Part shown: positions 13,501 through 28,343 of the stretch, one piece after another
How positions within the stretch are numbered: position 1 is the stretch's first letter
How the letters are laid out: each line of letters opens with the position of its first letter
From: Chrysomallon squamiferum
Lineage: Eukaryota; Animalia; Mollusca
Direction of reading: 5' to 3'
DNA length: 64,000 nt
Assembly (NCBI GenBank): GCA_012295275.1
Contig: CM022672.1
Location: 6,014,001-6,078,000, forward strand
Made by a program: the position numbers and the translations under genes
The notes under the pieces: model-generated
Told to the model about the DNA's origin: nothing
The model's input: the letters and a program-made list of their open reading frames with translations, nothing else
Databases searched by the model: none

Positions 13501-16500
13501 CATGGAGTATCAGATTTCTGACGTTCAACCTGAATAATCATTTTTAATAATAAAAATAACAAATAAAATTTTACATTTGGATCTCGTTCTCCTCCAATCA
13601 ATCCTTTGACTGTTCCATCCTTCAGAAGGATTTGTCGGATGCTTGAACTCTCAGCATCAGCAATGAATAAGGTGTTAAGAAAAGACTTGGGAGAAAAATC
13701 CAAACCAGATGGTTGAGCAAAGCCAGCTTTCTGTGGATAGCTGTTGTTTCGATTCTCCTCGAGACCAGAGCCAGCAAATCTGATGCAAGTCTTAGCTTTG
13801 AAGTGTCTGAGGAACAAAATTAAAATAATTTTATTCATTATTATTTTAATAAATGTTCACTAAAATTATTTAATAATTTATTTATTTCTACAACAGTTCT
13901 AATTAATTTTTAATTTAAAAAAAAAAAATTTTAATACTTTTTTCCTACTAGTAGCCATGAAGGTAAAAACAGTTTCAAAACTGTTTTGTTATTATATTCA
14001 GTTCAATTATCTGTTTGAATCATTCACTCAAAATCTGGACTGTCTGTCTGATTGAATTAAAACTTTGTCAGTATATATCATTCTATTATATATTATTAAC
14101 TGGAATAAAATACAGAAGAGGATGAAATTAATAAAATTATTTTCATCAGAAAATGCAGGAACATTTTGCTAACCTATCCCTGTACAATCCACCATGTGTA
14201 AACACAGCCTATTAAAACTTCTGCCCAGTTTTTAATAAAAAGCAATTTACTTAATGTTTAATGATGGCATTATTATTCGTAAAATGCAGTCATACATTTT
14301 TTTCAGACTTTTTTTTGGGGGGGGTAAATTCAGATCTCATTTGTTGTTTTTGTTTTGTTTGTCTGTTTGTTTTTATAACCATTAAGACAAATTTTTCTTT
14401 TAACATTTTTTTGTAAATTCAAATCTGGTTTTATTATTATTTTGTTTGTTTGTTTGTTTTTATAACCATACCAATATTTTTTTTTTACATAATATTAACT
14501 TTAGAAAGATTCTTATTCAATTACAAACAAAACAATTTAACATGCATTATTAACACTTACTGATTTTTATACCAAACAGTATCTTTGAGAAAGTAAACCC
14601 AAATCTGATGAGTTCCTGCCATAGCTATGTACAGAACATCAGGCTCAGCAGAATCTGAAAACATTTAAATAAAATACTTTACAGACAACATTTGGTGTGT
14701 GTAATTAAATAAAATATATAAATAATTTATGATAATGTCTTATGTAAGAGAAATATTGCTGACTGTCATGCACAAATACACATAATCATACACATACACA
14801 GAACTGAATATAAACACAGATGAATACTGTTACATACTTATAGACACACACTAGACACAGCACACATAAACACACAAATATAAATACATAAAAATGTGTT
14901 TACTCTCACATCAACCAAACAAAGACTTGTACTCTTTATGCAATTGTTTGATAATACTAATATCAATATTCCTACAGAATTGTTTACTAAATAATACATC
15001 AAAAAATTGTCTACATAACATTAGTGGTGTCCTACATTACATTTTCAAGAAATATGATATTCTCATCTGTTGATTCTAATGTTGTCTGGAGGAAAAATAA
15101 AAATGACAACAACAAAATGAACCCACCAAATACAGAAATATGGTATAAATAACAAAATCTTACTTGGTGATGTTGCTACTTTTAAATCCCATGGTGATGA
15201 AATCTCTTGCAATGTTCCAGCTTTACCACCTTCAAGGTCATTTCCTAGTTTACCAGTACCTACAATCGTGTTCACTCTCTTTTCAACAAGATCAATCTAA
15301 AACACAAATGAGAAAGCACTGGTATATTTATATTTAATTTAACATAATTATTCTCTTCTTGGAACTGCTTGGGAAATGTTTTTTTTTTTTACCAAATGAA
15401 ACATTCACATTAAAGAGTTTACAATATATTTTAAACCCATATAATATTATTGGTACATTTTAAAAGCAGTTAATAGTTAAAAAGAAAAAGAAAAACAAAG
15501 AAATACAGACACAGTTATTCTAACATATATAACTAGATATAAAATATATATATATATAAATACTGAAATACAAAATTTACTTGTCTTATTGCATGATTGT
15601 CTGTGTCAGCTACAAAGATGAGGTTTTGAAATGATGCTGTCCCTTGTGGAGAAGAAAACATGGCTTCCTCAAAGCTGCCATCATGATAACCTTTGACACC
15701 ACCAATCTTCTCCTAAAAGTAGATAACATTCAAATGTAACAAATATAACCACTGAACATCTTGACAGACGAGGGAGTTAGATTATATTTTTAATATTAAA
15801 TAATTTCTAGATGCCATCCTCAAAATATACTTTAAAAAAAAAAAAAAAAAAAAGATTAGTAATTTTTTTTTACATAATAGTATAATTAACACACTAAATT
15901 TTATACAGACTGGTATATTTATTTACAGAATCATTCTTCAGGTACTGCAAACCATGATTTAGAAAAAAATTAAAGGAAACAATTACTTTTTTTTATATAA
16001 ATAAAGTAAAGAATTAAAAAAATGAAAAATAAATAAATTATTTCCAACAACAAATTTACCTTGACAATGCCAGTTTCAGTCACTACCAGAATACAGTTAT
16101 TTGCAGTATCAGAAATAATCAATTCATTGTTTTCTGCAACAGAAACTTTGCCTGGAAAACGAAGACATGATTTTAACTTTTTGTCCTTTTCAAGCAGTAA
16201 AGGAATTTCATGTGATTTTAATTCACTTCTTTCATTGAAATACTGAAGTGAAACTTCAACAAACTCAAACAAAAGGTCCTTGTTTTTTTCACCAGCAATC
16301 GTAAACAAAAACTCTTTTTGGGGGCCTACAATAACAAATGTTGGCCAGCAGTTTATCTGTAACTTGTTCCAAAGCAAAGCCTCCGAATCATTCACAACAG
16401 GATGTTCGATGCCATAGCGCAAAACAGCATTCAAAATGTTGCTTGTTGACTTTTCGTTGAGAAATTTCGCTGAATGAACTCCTATTACAACTAGGCCTTT

Positions 16501-17246
16501 TTGAATGGGAAATTTCTGTTCCAGTTCTTCTAAATGAGGTAAAATGTGCATACAGTTTATACAGCAGTAGGTAAAGAAGTCCAGAACTAACAGTTTTCCT
16601 TCGAGATGAGTGGATAAAGAAAGTGGTTCAGATACATTCAGCCATGTGAGATCTGAAAGGGTAAGAAATATATATATACATATATATAATAAATGATAAA
16701 ATAAAATATACACATGAATAAATGTATTACTGATACTGCCATTATTAATTTTTCATTCTTTTTGTACAGTGTATGTCCGTTTTCATTTAATATTGTTTTT
16801 GTTATTGTTGTTGTTGTTTTTTTATTTTTGTTTTGTTTTGTTGTGGGGGGTTTTGTTTGTTTGTTTGTTTGTTTGTTTTAGGGGTTCTTTTGTTGTTGTT
16901 GTTGTTGTTTTCTACTTTATCTTATATCGACAAAATAACACAAAACAAACATTGTTTCCAAATAGCTATTTTTTTCTTCTGGTGAACTGCTAGAGTTAAA
17001 ATTAATTTTTACGTATATATTTATCTGTAAAGTCTCTACGACACTACTGTTACTAGTGTTACAAAAGGTTTAAAGACGATGTTATATTTTACCAGATCCA
17101 AAGTCAGGAATATTGAATTTCAGTTTTGAAGAAACTGATTTTAAATGATTTAGGATTATTTCTTTTCGTTCCGACTTGTCACATTTTTCTGTTAGTAACT
17201 CATCGAGTTCGAAACATACACACAGTACGTCTTCCAAACCCGCCAT
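10549..17246 (-). CDS. NHLRC2: NHL repeat-containing protein 2 (thioredoxin-like domain + NHL beta-propeller), ~704 aa
   Basis: Exons 17246-17093, 16652-16060, 15712-15581, 15296-15164, 14654-14561, 13806-13575, 12473-12351, 12101-11892, 11513-11324, 10802-10549 (2115 nt, phases consistent). Motifs [73 protein letters not shown]. Confidence 0.95.
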
Positions 17247-17300
17247 TTTTCTCTATTTCCGGGTTTCCTCGCTGACGTCACTGTAAACTGGTATATTAAC
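17241..17300 (-). promoter_or_regulatory. NHLRC2 housekeeping-type proximal promoter: CRE palindrome, ETS core, YY1-like motif over the ATG
   Basis: TGACGTCA 17273-17280, CCGGAA (minus) 17257-17262, AAAATGGCG overlapping the start codon. Confidence 0.5.
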
Positions 17301-18152
17301 GCGTCAGCGTAGCAACAAAAGAAAATCACGAGGAGGAATTCCATTTTATTTGTTCATAGTAAATATAAATTAGATCGCGCGTAACCTCATCCTTCTGAAA
17401 CAAATGTCGACTACCTTCTAAAACGATAATAATAGTAATAAAAGAATAATAATTGTCATTTTTGTATATTTCCTCTAAAATTGGCACATGCCTTTACCCC
17501 AGGTATATTTAAAACCTAATGAACAACTATTTCACTAGTATGTAAACAGTATAAAATGTGTAGTATACCTTCATTTTAAATCCATGCACTTTCTTTATTT
17601 TTACAACGTGACGCAAAAAATCTCTGTTGATTGAAAATGCGTCAAAACATTTCTTCTGTCTTTTTGACGTTAAAATACAAAACACATAGTTCATAAATAA
17701 ATAAATATAGTTTAATATAAATTCAGCTATGTACAAATCATCACAAATAGAACTATTAAAAGAAAAGAAAAGAAAAGAAAAAAACACCTTGAAATTTAAT
17801 GTGAAGATTTATTAACATTTATGAAGCAATCATTCAAACTAAATTAATTTTTAAAAAGCAACAGAATCACGGTTAACTCAATAACTAACATTTTAAAATG
17901 ATTAAATGTAGTTTTGTTTCCATTTATTTTATATACAATGTTTATATACATACGACAATCTTTTTATAAATCATAAAAACACAAATGTTATTTTCTGAAA
18001 AAAAAAAAAAGAGAAAAAAATATGTATATATATATTTGAGTTCCAGTACATATATTCAATTTTTATTTTATTTATATATATATATATTTATTTATTTATT
18101 TATTTATTTATTTTTTTTAATATATTGTTGTTTTTTAAGGCACTGTGTGAAT

Positions 18153-18383
18153 CTACTTTCTAATCGCCTCTATGTAGCCTTTGCACTCTGGACAGATTCC
18201 ATCTCCGTCCGTTTTGATGTTTTCGACGCAAGCTGCACAGACACCTGCATGGTTACACGGGTAACTGTTTCCACGACTCATTGACTGCATACAAACTGAA
18301 CATTTGTTGCGTTGTTTCGATCTTGTTTTCTGTTTGTTGGAAGTTCGGTGTCTGAGATCACTGGAAGAATGGGCTGGAAAAAA

Positions 18384-18422
<39 letters not shown>

Positions 18423-18921
18423 GTATGTGTATATATATGTATGTATATGTGTGTGTATATGTGTATGTATGTATGTGTGTATATGAATGTATGTGTGTAT
18501 GTGTGTGTGTATGTATGTATGTATGTATATATGTGTGTGTATGTATGTGTGTTTGTGTGTATGTATATATGTATGTGTATATATATGTATGTATATGTGT
18601 GTGTATATGTGTGTGTATGTATGTATGTATATGAATGTATGTGTGTATGTATGTATGTATGTATGTATATAAGTGTTTGTATAGGAGTGTATGTGTGTAT
18701 GTATGTATGTATGTATGTATGTATGTATGTATATAAGTGTTTGTATAGGAATGTATGTGTGTATGTATGTATGTATGTATGTATGTATATAAGTGTTTGT
18801 ATAGGAGTGTATGTATGTATGTGTGTATGTATGTATGTATGTATATATGTGTGTGTATGTATGTGTGTTTGTGTGTATGTATGTGTGTATGTATGTATAT
18901 GAATGTATGTGTGTATGTATG

Positions 18922-18952
<31 letters not shown>

Positions 18953-20023
18953 GTGTTTGTATAGGAATGTATGTATGTATGTATGTATGTATGTATGTAT
19001 ATAAGTGTTTGTATAGGAGTGTATGGGTTTTGGGAACTGCGGAAACGCCAAAAGATTCACTTTTTGATTTTTGTTCAAATGTTTTAATATTATTTTATGT
19101 TATTTAGGAGAGATTAGTAAAATATGCAAGATTAATTATAGAAAAGAAATAAATTAATTTTAATTTACAGAAATTTTAAATTTACATTAAAAGGTTAGCT
19201 AATTCATATCTCCAACTCTATTTTAGTACTATAACGAAAATAAACTGGAAAACAAAAGAATCAAGTAAAGTATCGAATGACGACTCTTGCTCTGTTTAAA
19301 GGAGACAACTTTCCAAATTAATTTATTTGACATTATTATTCATTCTGATCAGAAAATGTTCTTTCAATGATAGAAAATATCACTGAAATTTATTTTATAA
19401 TATATTAATGTGAATTTAAAAAAAAAAAAGAATAAAAAGAAAGAAAGAAAGAAAAACAAGAAGAATTGTAGAAAAAAAAACCCCCACAATAACATGACTA
19501 AAAATATTGATTTTAGAAAAGAGATTAACAGTAGAAAAATCTTTGAGTTATTAAATAAAGGTAAAACTTTTTTCTGTTTTTCTTTCATGAATTACTATCA
19601 ACAGATGAATGACTGGTAACTGAAGTATGTTACGTTCATGATTAGAAGCCGACGCAATCTGAGAAATCTGATTGTATGAGTACACTTCTAAAACACACAC
19701 ACAAAATCAAATATATAAGCCACTCTATACATCTAGAAAAACAACAAATCAACAAACAAACATCTACTATTACGCACATGTGAATTAACACTGTTTCGTA
19801 TGTTAATACAATTAATCTTTTATAATGCTTTATAACAGTTACATGTACAGTTGAAATTTAAATAATCATTACCTGTCGGGTTGGAGAAGACGTGATCAGA
19901 ACTTGTTTTCTCTTGTTCATATTGTAAAGGCTTTTGTTGTCTTCGAATAGCCAGTAAAAGAATTAAACCAACAGCAGCTGAAACCCCAAGAACAACGACG
20001 GGAACCAGAAAGTGCACAGCCAT
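18153..20023 (-). CDS. Small N-terminally membrane-anchored RING-HC protein (putative E3 ligase), paralog A, 123 aa
   Basis: Exon 20023-19873 (MAVHFLVPVVVLGVSAAVGLILLLAIRRQQK...) splices in phase 1 to 18373-18153 (...CSVCMQSMSRGNSYPCNHAGVCAACVENIKTDGDGICPECKGYIEAIRK*). The RING exon is missing from the ORF track. Non-coding exon 1 donor at 20176, acceptor at 20036. Confidence 0.85.
18386..19024. repeat. Complex (TATG/TG)n satellite with five interspersed TAAGTGTTTGTATAGGA units
   Basis: Direct reading; lies in the last intron of paralog A and generates the HTYI/CMYV ORFs. Confidence 0.9.
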
Positions 20024-20224
20024 GGGAGCAGAATATCTAGAGATAAAAAAATAAATGAACAGTCTATGAATATAATATTGTTCAATAACTGACGTTCAAA
20101 ATAATATTCGATTAAAAATATATATATATATATATATAGATTTATCTGTTATGAAAATAAATAAATAATAATTTACCTTCTCTGACTGAAACTAGAATTT
20201 TTGAACGCTATGTTATAGAGGTCT

Positions 20225-20237
20225 GGGAAGTGAAACT
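20225..20237. promoter_or_regulatory. ISRE/ETS-IRF-like motif GGGAAGTGAAACT at the 5' end of paralog A
   Basis: Matches GGAAnnGAAA; about 50 nt upstream of the exon 1 donor. Confidence 0.4.
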
Positions 20238-20242
20238 ACATA

Positions 20243-22220
20243 CAGTGTATTAACCTAACGGTATACTTTTACCTGTGACGTGTGTCTATTTTTGAAAATC
20301 ACGAGTCAAGTTTTTCTCAGAAAGATAGTCTTACTTGCACTTGTTCGTGCAGGTCCAGTGAAATTTCAAAGTACACCGGCGAATGCTGATGATAAAAAGA
20401 AACGGAAGATAATAACTTTAGAAACAAAATACGATACGTTAATTGAACCCCAAACCAGTAAATCCGTTTTGTTTGTGTCAGTCAACTGTATTGAAGATTT
20501 TAAAGGATAAAGAAAAATATTTAAATGAGATTAAAAGCACTCGTTCCTTGCAGGGTACGAAAAAAAGAAGTGGTTAGTTTTATTCCTTGCATGGAAAAAT
20601 GTTTGTTAATATGGTTAAGTGATTAAACGCAACGATTAAACATAGCTATGTCATATGTGCTAAAGCAGTATCTATTTTTAAGATACTTAAAGATAGTTAT
20701 GAAGGTTACATTGAATAAACATTTATTGCAAGTAATTGTTGGTTTTATAGATATAAAAAACAAGTTGGTTGGCATAATGTAAAAATATAATGAGATGCTG
20801 CAAGTGCTGATACTAAAGCAGCATATCTTTTCCCGAATAAAAGTAGAAGAAATCATAGAATATCATAATTACACAACAGCACAAATTTTTAATGTGGATG
20901 AAACTTGCCTACTTTGGAAGCTTGCGCCTGCAAGAAGAGTCATCAATGCCTGGTTTTAAGGCAACTGGGGATAAGTTAACGTTATTGCTTGGAGGTAATG
21001 CAGCTGAAGACTCTAAATAAGAAAAACCTGCTTGTGCATCATGCAGAAAACCCCAGAGCACTTAAAGGCTTCGACAATTTACACTTCCAGTCATTTGGAA
21101 AGTATATAAAAATGCTTTTTTTACTGCTTCACTATTTAAAGACTAGTTTACATCTCACTTTGTGAAGACAAAAATATTCCATTCCATGTTCTACTGCTTG
21201 TAGATAATGCTCCGGATCACCCACCATTGCAACAACATCAGCATCTTAATGTTAGATTAGTATTTATGCCGCCAAATACAACAGCACGTTTGCAACCAAT
21301 GGACCAAGCCGTCATAGCAACATTTAAATTACATTATCTTCTGCAAACATTTGATACCTTAATAAATGCTAGTGATAAAAGAAGGAAGGCCAAAACTAAA
21401 AGAATTTTGGAAATCATTCAGTGTTCTAGATGCGGTAAAAATAACACAAAGAGCATGGAACGAAGTTACATAGAAAAATATGAAAGGAGTCTGCCCTCAA
21501 TTAACTTACAATTTTGAGGGATTTGAAGAACTGTAGACACTGTTCAAAATGAAACGGAAATGATCGTTAATAACTTGATGACATAAATTATCTATTTCAA
21601 GCACACAACCAAGAGCTTACAGATTAAGATCTCATTAAAATGGAAGAAAATCGCGAAGAAGCCGAAGAAGAACGTAAAACAGAGGGAACTCCTGTTTATT
21701 CCTTCACTCTGAAAGGGCTCAACAAAGCGTTTAGACACATTAAAAAAGCAATTGAGATTTTTGAAATCCAAGGTATGAATTTCGAATGAAGGCAGATCTA
21801 ATGAAATCTCATGCTTGCTATCTTGAAATTTATGTTATAAAGAAAAAATTGTCTTGGAAGAAGGGAAACTGTATTCATTTTTTCTAAAGCAAAAAGAGTC
21901 ACCTTCTATTTCAAGTGAACCATATGAGAGTGAGAATGAAACATCGATTAATGAATCCACAATGAGCAGCATATAATTCTTTCTTAATCAAGTTGTAAAT
22001 GATTTAGTGTTTGTTTAATATCTATGACCTATTAAATCATTTATTTCTAAATAACCGTTTTATTTCTCCTTATTTAACTTTTTTTTAATGTCAAATCTCA
22101 TCAGCGAGAACGTAACCTATGTTTTTAACCTTAATTCTATGTAAATTAGTCTCCCGTTTTACGATACCTTATTTAACAATCGGAAATTTGGAATTACATC
22201 GTTCAGCCAAGGTATTACTG
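20243..22220 (+). mobile_element. Decayed Tigger/pogo (TIGD1-like) DNA transposon with frameshifted transposase
   Basis: Fragments in order: KKRKIITLETKYD, QIFNVDETCLLWK, MPGFKATGDKLTLLLGGNAAED, VLLLVDNAPDHP, FMPPNTTARLQPMDQAVIATFK. Ends TA|CAGT...ACTG|TA with degenerate TIRs; many stops and frameshifts. Confidence 0.9.
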
Positions 22221-22341
22221 TATGAGGTAGATGTAGAAATAGTTTATAAGTTAATATGAACATTATAAAACAAGAGTTTATGATTTTCGTTAACTTTATT
22301 ATTTCATTATCAAATACAGCTATCTGTGATTCTGAAGTCTT

Positions 22342-23092
<751 letters not shown>

Positions 23093-23431
23093 TTTCACAG
23101 TGTTTGGAAAGTAGAGAAAGCCGCACCTGCAATAACAGTATGATGATAATGATAATGATGACGATAATAATAATAATAACAACAACAACACCAATAACAA
23201 CAACAATCTCAAGAACAACAAATTACAAAAATAATTATCTATACAAAGTAAAAACAGCATATTCTTCAAAAAGTTATGTTGTTATTTTTGTTGCTTTATA
23301 CTTTGAAACACTGACAATTACAAGATACTTACGTGGAATCTACAATAATTTTTCAAAAATAATGACAAAAACGTATTTCTTAACAAGGTGGAGTCACTTC
23401 TGATTTCAGATAAAATATAAGGATTTTCAGA

Positions 23432-23446
23432 TTTCCCGGAAATTTC
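23432..23446. promoter_or_regulatory. STAT (GAS) consensus TTCCCGGAA overlapping a kB-like GGAAATTTC upstream of paralog B
   Basis: TTTCCCGGAAATTTC, about 100 nt upstream of the exon 1 donor. Confidence 0.45.
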
Positions 23447-26400
23447 ATTTACGCGTTTAACTATAAATATAGTAACTGGTTTACCCCGTTCATTTATGGA
23501 TGGGTAACAAATAATGTTTTAAATAAATAAATTAAAAATAATAATAATAAAATGAATTGTTTATATTACATTCAGAACATAATTATGAAGAGGTTAATAT
23601 ATTTAATTTTTAATGTTTCAGTGTTTTAAGATAATTTGCTTTATGCTTGGTTGCTTACAAGTTGCAATGTTTATTTGGGCACTTTGCCAGATTCTCCGAA
23701 AATCTGCCATCATAATTATTATGTCGTTATATATGTATGAAATCGAAAAAGAATAATTTTAAAAGGAAAAAATGATTAGAAATAAATTACATATGTATCG
23801 ATGTATGCATCTTTTTGCATAAAGTTAGTATTTCAAAGTTCAAGAACATAATGGTTATGTATGTTAAGAGGCCCAAATGAGGATGTACCATTAATAATGT
23901 GTCATCTCAAGTTAATGTAGGTTGAAATTTTGGTTGTATACTTTTTATATTAAGATACAAATACTCTCATTAACTATATAAGATCAAATCAAAATGAAAA
24001 GATCTAAGCAGTGCTATAAATTATTTAAAGGACACTAATAATAAATAAATAAATAAATAAAATAATAACAATAATAAACAGTCCGAGTAAATATTTGCAA
24101 AGTGCTGCATTATAAGGGTTTTGGGGTTTTATTAATTTTTATTATTATTATTATTATTATTGTAATTATTATACATCTGTCAATGGAATAACATCTCAGA
24201 AGTATGTTATTTTATTACATATTTTATTATTAACAATTACTGGTGTTAACAAATAAAACAATATTTTGAATATTAATTTTGTGTAAACAAAATCTGTTAA
24301 CCAAGTAGTTTTTAATATGCTGCAGTCCAGTGTGAAATAAAATGATACTCAATCATTATTTTGCCAGAAAACAAAAAACCAACAAAAAAAACAACAACAA
24401 AACAAAACAGATAACAAAGAAAAGAACCCTTGCAAATAACTTTAATTTTTACAACAAACATAATACATTTCATAAGATAATCAGTATTAGTGTCTGTATC
24501 AAGAGATCATACATATAAATATAGATACTAACACTGAACATTAAATTCACATGATAAAATATTCTACTTAACAAAATCATAAAATCTACACCGGCACTTC
24601 ATTATTTATACAGACCATCTTGTTCTTTCTTTTTTTTTTTTTTTTCTTTTTTTTTTTCAATAATTATTCAAAATATTCATTTATATATATATATATATAT
24701 AAAAAAAAAAAAATTAAAAAAAGAAAGAAAGAAAAAGTAAACCTTTTAACAAACAGAGCAGCATAAACAATAGCTAGCCAATGTAAGAAAAATAAACCAG
24801 AATTCTGTATCTGTATTAGGAAATACATCTTTATAAAAAAAAAAAAAAGTAAAGAAATAAAGAAAAATCACACCAGACAATTTAAATTCACACAAATTTA
24901 TCATTTTAAACATTAATAGATATGATTTAAGAAAAAGGGTGAATGTGCCTAAAATAAATTTTGTTGTGCAAAATTAAAACACTTCCAAATGAATCTGTAT
25001 ATGAATGCTATTAGTGTAATTTTGCCATTTTCTTAAACATTTTCTAATAAAAAATGTTTTATTATTAATACTATACTTTAAACAAATTCTTCAGAAATTA
25101 ATAACAGGAATGAATATTAATCAACCATCAACATAATAGAAGTGAACATTAATTAATTATTAACATTCTGATAACAAAATTCAGCCTGTTATTCAGAACT
25201 GAAAAAAATAAAAATAAAATAAAAATATTAAATAAATATATTTAAAAAAAATGAATTAAGTTTAATTACGAAAGTTGAAAATTTAATAACATTAGTAATA
25301 ATATATACACATACACACATACATACATACATATGTACATAGAGAAATTTTAGTTAACAGCCACCCAAGGTAGTAGAAAAGAAGACATTTAAATGTATAA
25401 TCTTGCTGATTAATGGATGTAAATGTTGCCTCGTAACACAGGTGACTGCATCAGCCTGTATAACCACACACACACACACACAATCATGCACACACAACAC
25501 AATAATACACCTATACACATACAGTCACATACACATATAAATAAAATTATCTTCTCTTTTTCTACTAAAATTATTACAAGTATTTTTTAACAGATTTTAT
25601 ATTAATTATAATTAAAACAATTTTTACTCAAAACATTTCAAATTAACAGTGATTAACATATTATGGCTCTCAGCTTTTGTTTCTGAATTATTACCATCAA
25701 TGGAGTTATTGAATTATTAGAATGGTAACATTGGTTAGGCAAAGTAAACTTAAACAATTAAACACATTTTTAAATGAGAATTTCATTAATAGTGCAGCCT
25801 TCACAACCTTATACAATAAAAATACTAACAACAATTTTCATTGTAATCATGAAATAATTTTGTAGCTACCTAGATTTGTGGTCCCTGCCAATTAGGATTT
25901 TTTCTTCTTCTTTTTCTCTGCATCAGTATTTTTTTGCTTTAAGAATGACTGTATTGTTATATTTCTTCAATTGCTTTTCTCTATTCTTATAAATTCTTTC
26001 ACATATAACATAATGTATATCTGCACAGATAATGATTGTATTTCTTTTTCTTTGTTTTGGGGTCGTTTTTTCTTGTTGGTTTCTTTTTTAACAATGCAGC
26101 CAGCCCCCCCCAAAAAAAAAAACCCACTATACATTGTTTAAAATGTACTGTGTTTATGAAAATAATAATAAAAAAATTATAAGTTAACACTTATTACAAA
26201 ATAGTGTTTCAGACATTTGGAGAAAATGTTAAAAATTTAATATATCAAAACAAACCCCCATATCATATATCTCAGAGAAGCAGAATTTCAATGCAACTGC
26301 ATTATTTGAGTGATGACAAAAAGACTTAAAGCTTTTATTTTAATACTGCAAATACTGTAGATACTAAGCTGAACATGATCATAATGGCAGTCTTCAATTA

Positions 26401-27325
26401 ATGTTAGCCTCTCAATTTCGATCTCTTTGATTCCATGCGACTTGCATGGCAGTTGTAGACGATGTTTCACCTTTTCTCGTGTGATCATCAGCTTGTTTCA
26501 AAAAAGTTCATGTTGCTTTTTATTCATCACTAAATGAATGCATAGTTTCTATCTGATTATTACTTGGTTTTAAATCTTTTAATTATTTCAGGGTTTTATT
26601 TATATTTTAGCTTTTTCTTATCACGAACACAGTTTGTTGTTGGTTAACTGAAATAGTGAACTCATCACACTATGACGTAACCTAGGAGGTGACCTGCTAT
26701 GGAAATGGCAGAAAATGACTGCAAAATGAAATAAAAGGCAACAGCAGTTCATAAAACCATGTGAAACTGAAACTTGGTAAAGTAGGAGATTGTATTATTT
26801 ACATATTTGGTACTTACATCGAAGCATCCAGTGTTTAAAAGGAATTACAGGAATGGAATCTGTTCTGGTATTCATTTTGTAAAGATTGTTTTTGCACAAA
26901 TTAAATTTAAAAAAACAACAAAAACCTCATAATAATCATAATCACAATCAGAAACATATAAATGAAATACAATAAAAATTAACAAATAAAATGCTCCTGA
27001 AATTTAAAACATTAAAAATCATTAAGTACTGAAAAATAGAATTAAAAAAAAAAGAAAACAAAATAAAATAATAAAATTAAAAAAGGGAGAAAATCTATGT
27101 TCTTATCACATAAATTAAAAGAATTAAAAAACTGTTTTTACCAAAATGATTAAATTTTTTGTTTTGTTTTACCATGTTTTCTCAAATTATTCACTCGATA
27201 TTAATAAGTATTATTTACAAATTTAAAAATAAAAATATTTCATAATCACGCTTTCATGCTGAAAAGTAGAAAACTGTAAAACATTTTGCTTAACCATTTT
27301 TTTGCTTTCTTTTCTTTAAAGGCAG

Positions 27326-28343
27326 CTAATATCTCGAAGAAGAAAAATCGTAAGCCTGGATGTATTTTCTACAAAATGGACACAGCCTGTCTCCTTCTGA
27401 AATGATTTTGTTGACGCAGGTGTAGCAGATGTCTGAGTGGTGGCAGGGATACATCTGTACTGAGTAACGTAGCCATTCAAAGCAGACTGCACATTCAGGT
27501 GCTTCTTTTTCTCGTGAAGCTGACTCTTGTGAAGCTGCGTTTCTATTCCCACGTGCCTGTGGCATTCGATGTCTCGTTGTGTTTGGTCGGTTTTCTGAAA
27601 AAAACATTTCATAAAGGTGTTATGGCACCATACTGAGAGATAGGTATTTTGTCTCTCTTTGGGAACTGTTAATAATGATTTTAAATACTTAATACCAAAT
27701 GCAAGGTGAATTTGAAAAAAATATGATCAGTATCATCTGTTTACAGCTGCACTTAATTATGTTGAAACACAAAACAAGTAGTGACATCTAATGCCTGTTA
27801 AACAAAAGAAAGGAACATTTTATTTCACCATTCTGATTTGTTAAACTTGAGTTAAGGATAATGTAATTATATGATTTACAATCTCTAAATTAAATGTTCA
27901 GTGAAAACATTTATTAATAATTCCTCTGATGATTAATTTGTAAAAAAACAATATTTATTATTAGATTTTGTTTCACATATTGATCCTATTCTTAAAAAGC
28001 ACATGCTGTGAAAAAATCCAAGAATAAAGCCAAATGGTTTTTTTTCTTTGAATATGCTTTTATGCTCTAACTCAGTGTATTGTAGTTGCTTCTTTAGTAT
28101 TACATCTTTTAGATTAAGGTTAATTAAAAAGTGAGAAGAGCAGAAAGTGAAAAATGAATTTGGATTAATTTTCCTTCTCAAACTACCAGAATGACAACTT
28201 GAATCCTTTGGTCTATCTATGTGAATTCCAGGTTCAGAAACCATATACGCATTTCCATTTTGTGTAATTCTTCTATACAAATACAAAGCAACTGCCAATG
28301 TAGCAGCAAAAGGCACTGCAATAGTCATTATAGATCCCAACAT
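27326..28343 (-). CDS. Small N-terminally membrane-anchored RING-HC protein (putative E3 ligase), paralog C, 141 aa
   Basis: Exon 28343-28187 (MLGSIMTIAVPFAATLAVALYLYRRITQ...) splices in phase 1 to 27594-27326 (...CAVCFEWLRYSVQMYPCHHSDICYTCVNKIISEGDRLCPFCRKYIQAY...*). Same exon layout as paralog A. The donor GTAGTT is weak. Non-coding exon 1 donor at 29927. Confidence 0.85.

Noticed and set aside
18660-19024. Regularly recurring 17-bp unit with variable spacers (CRISPR-like look)
   Set aside because: The spacers are (TATG)n microsatellite, the locus is a eukaryotic intron, and there are no cas genes.
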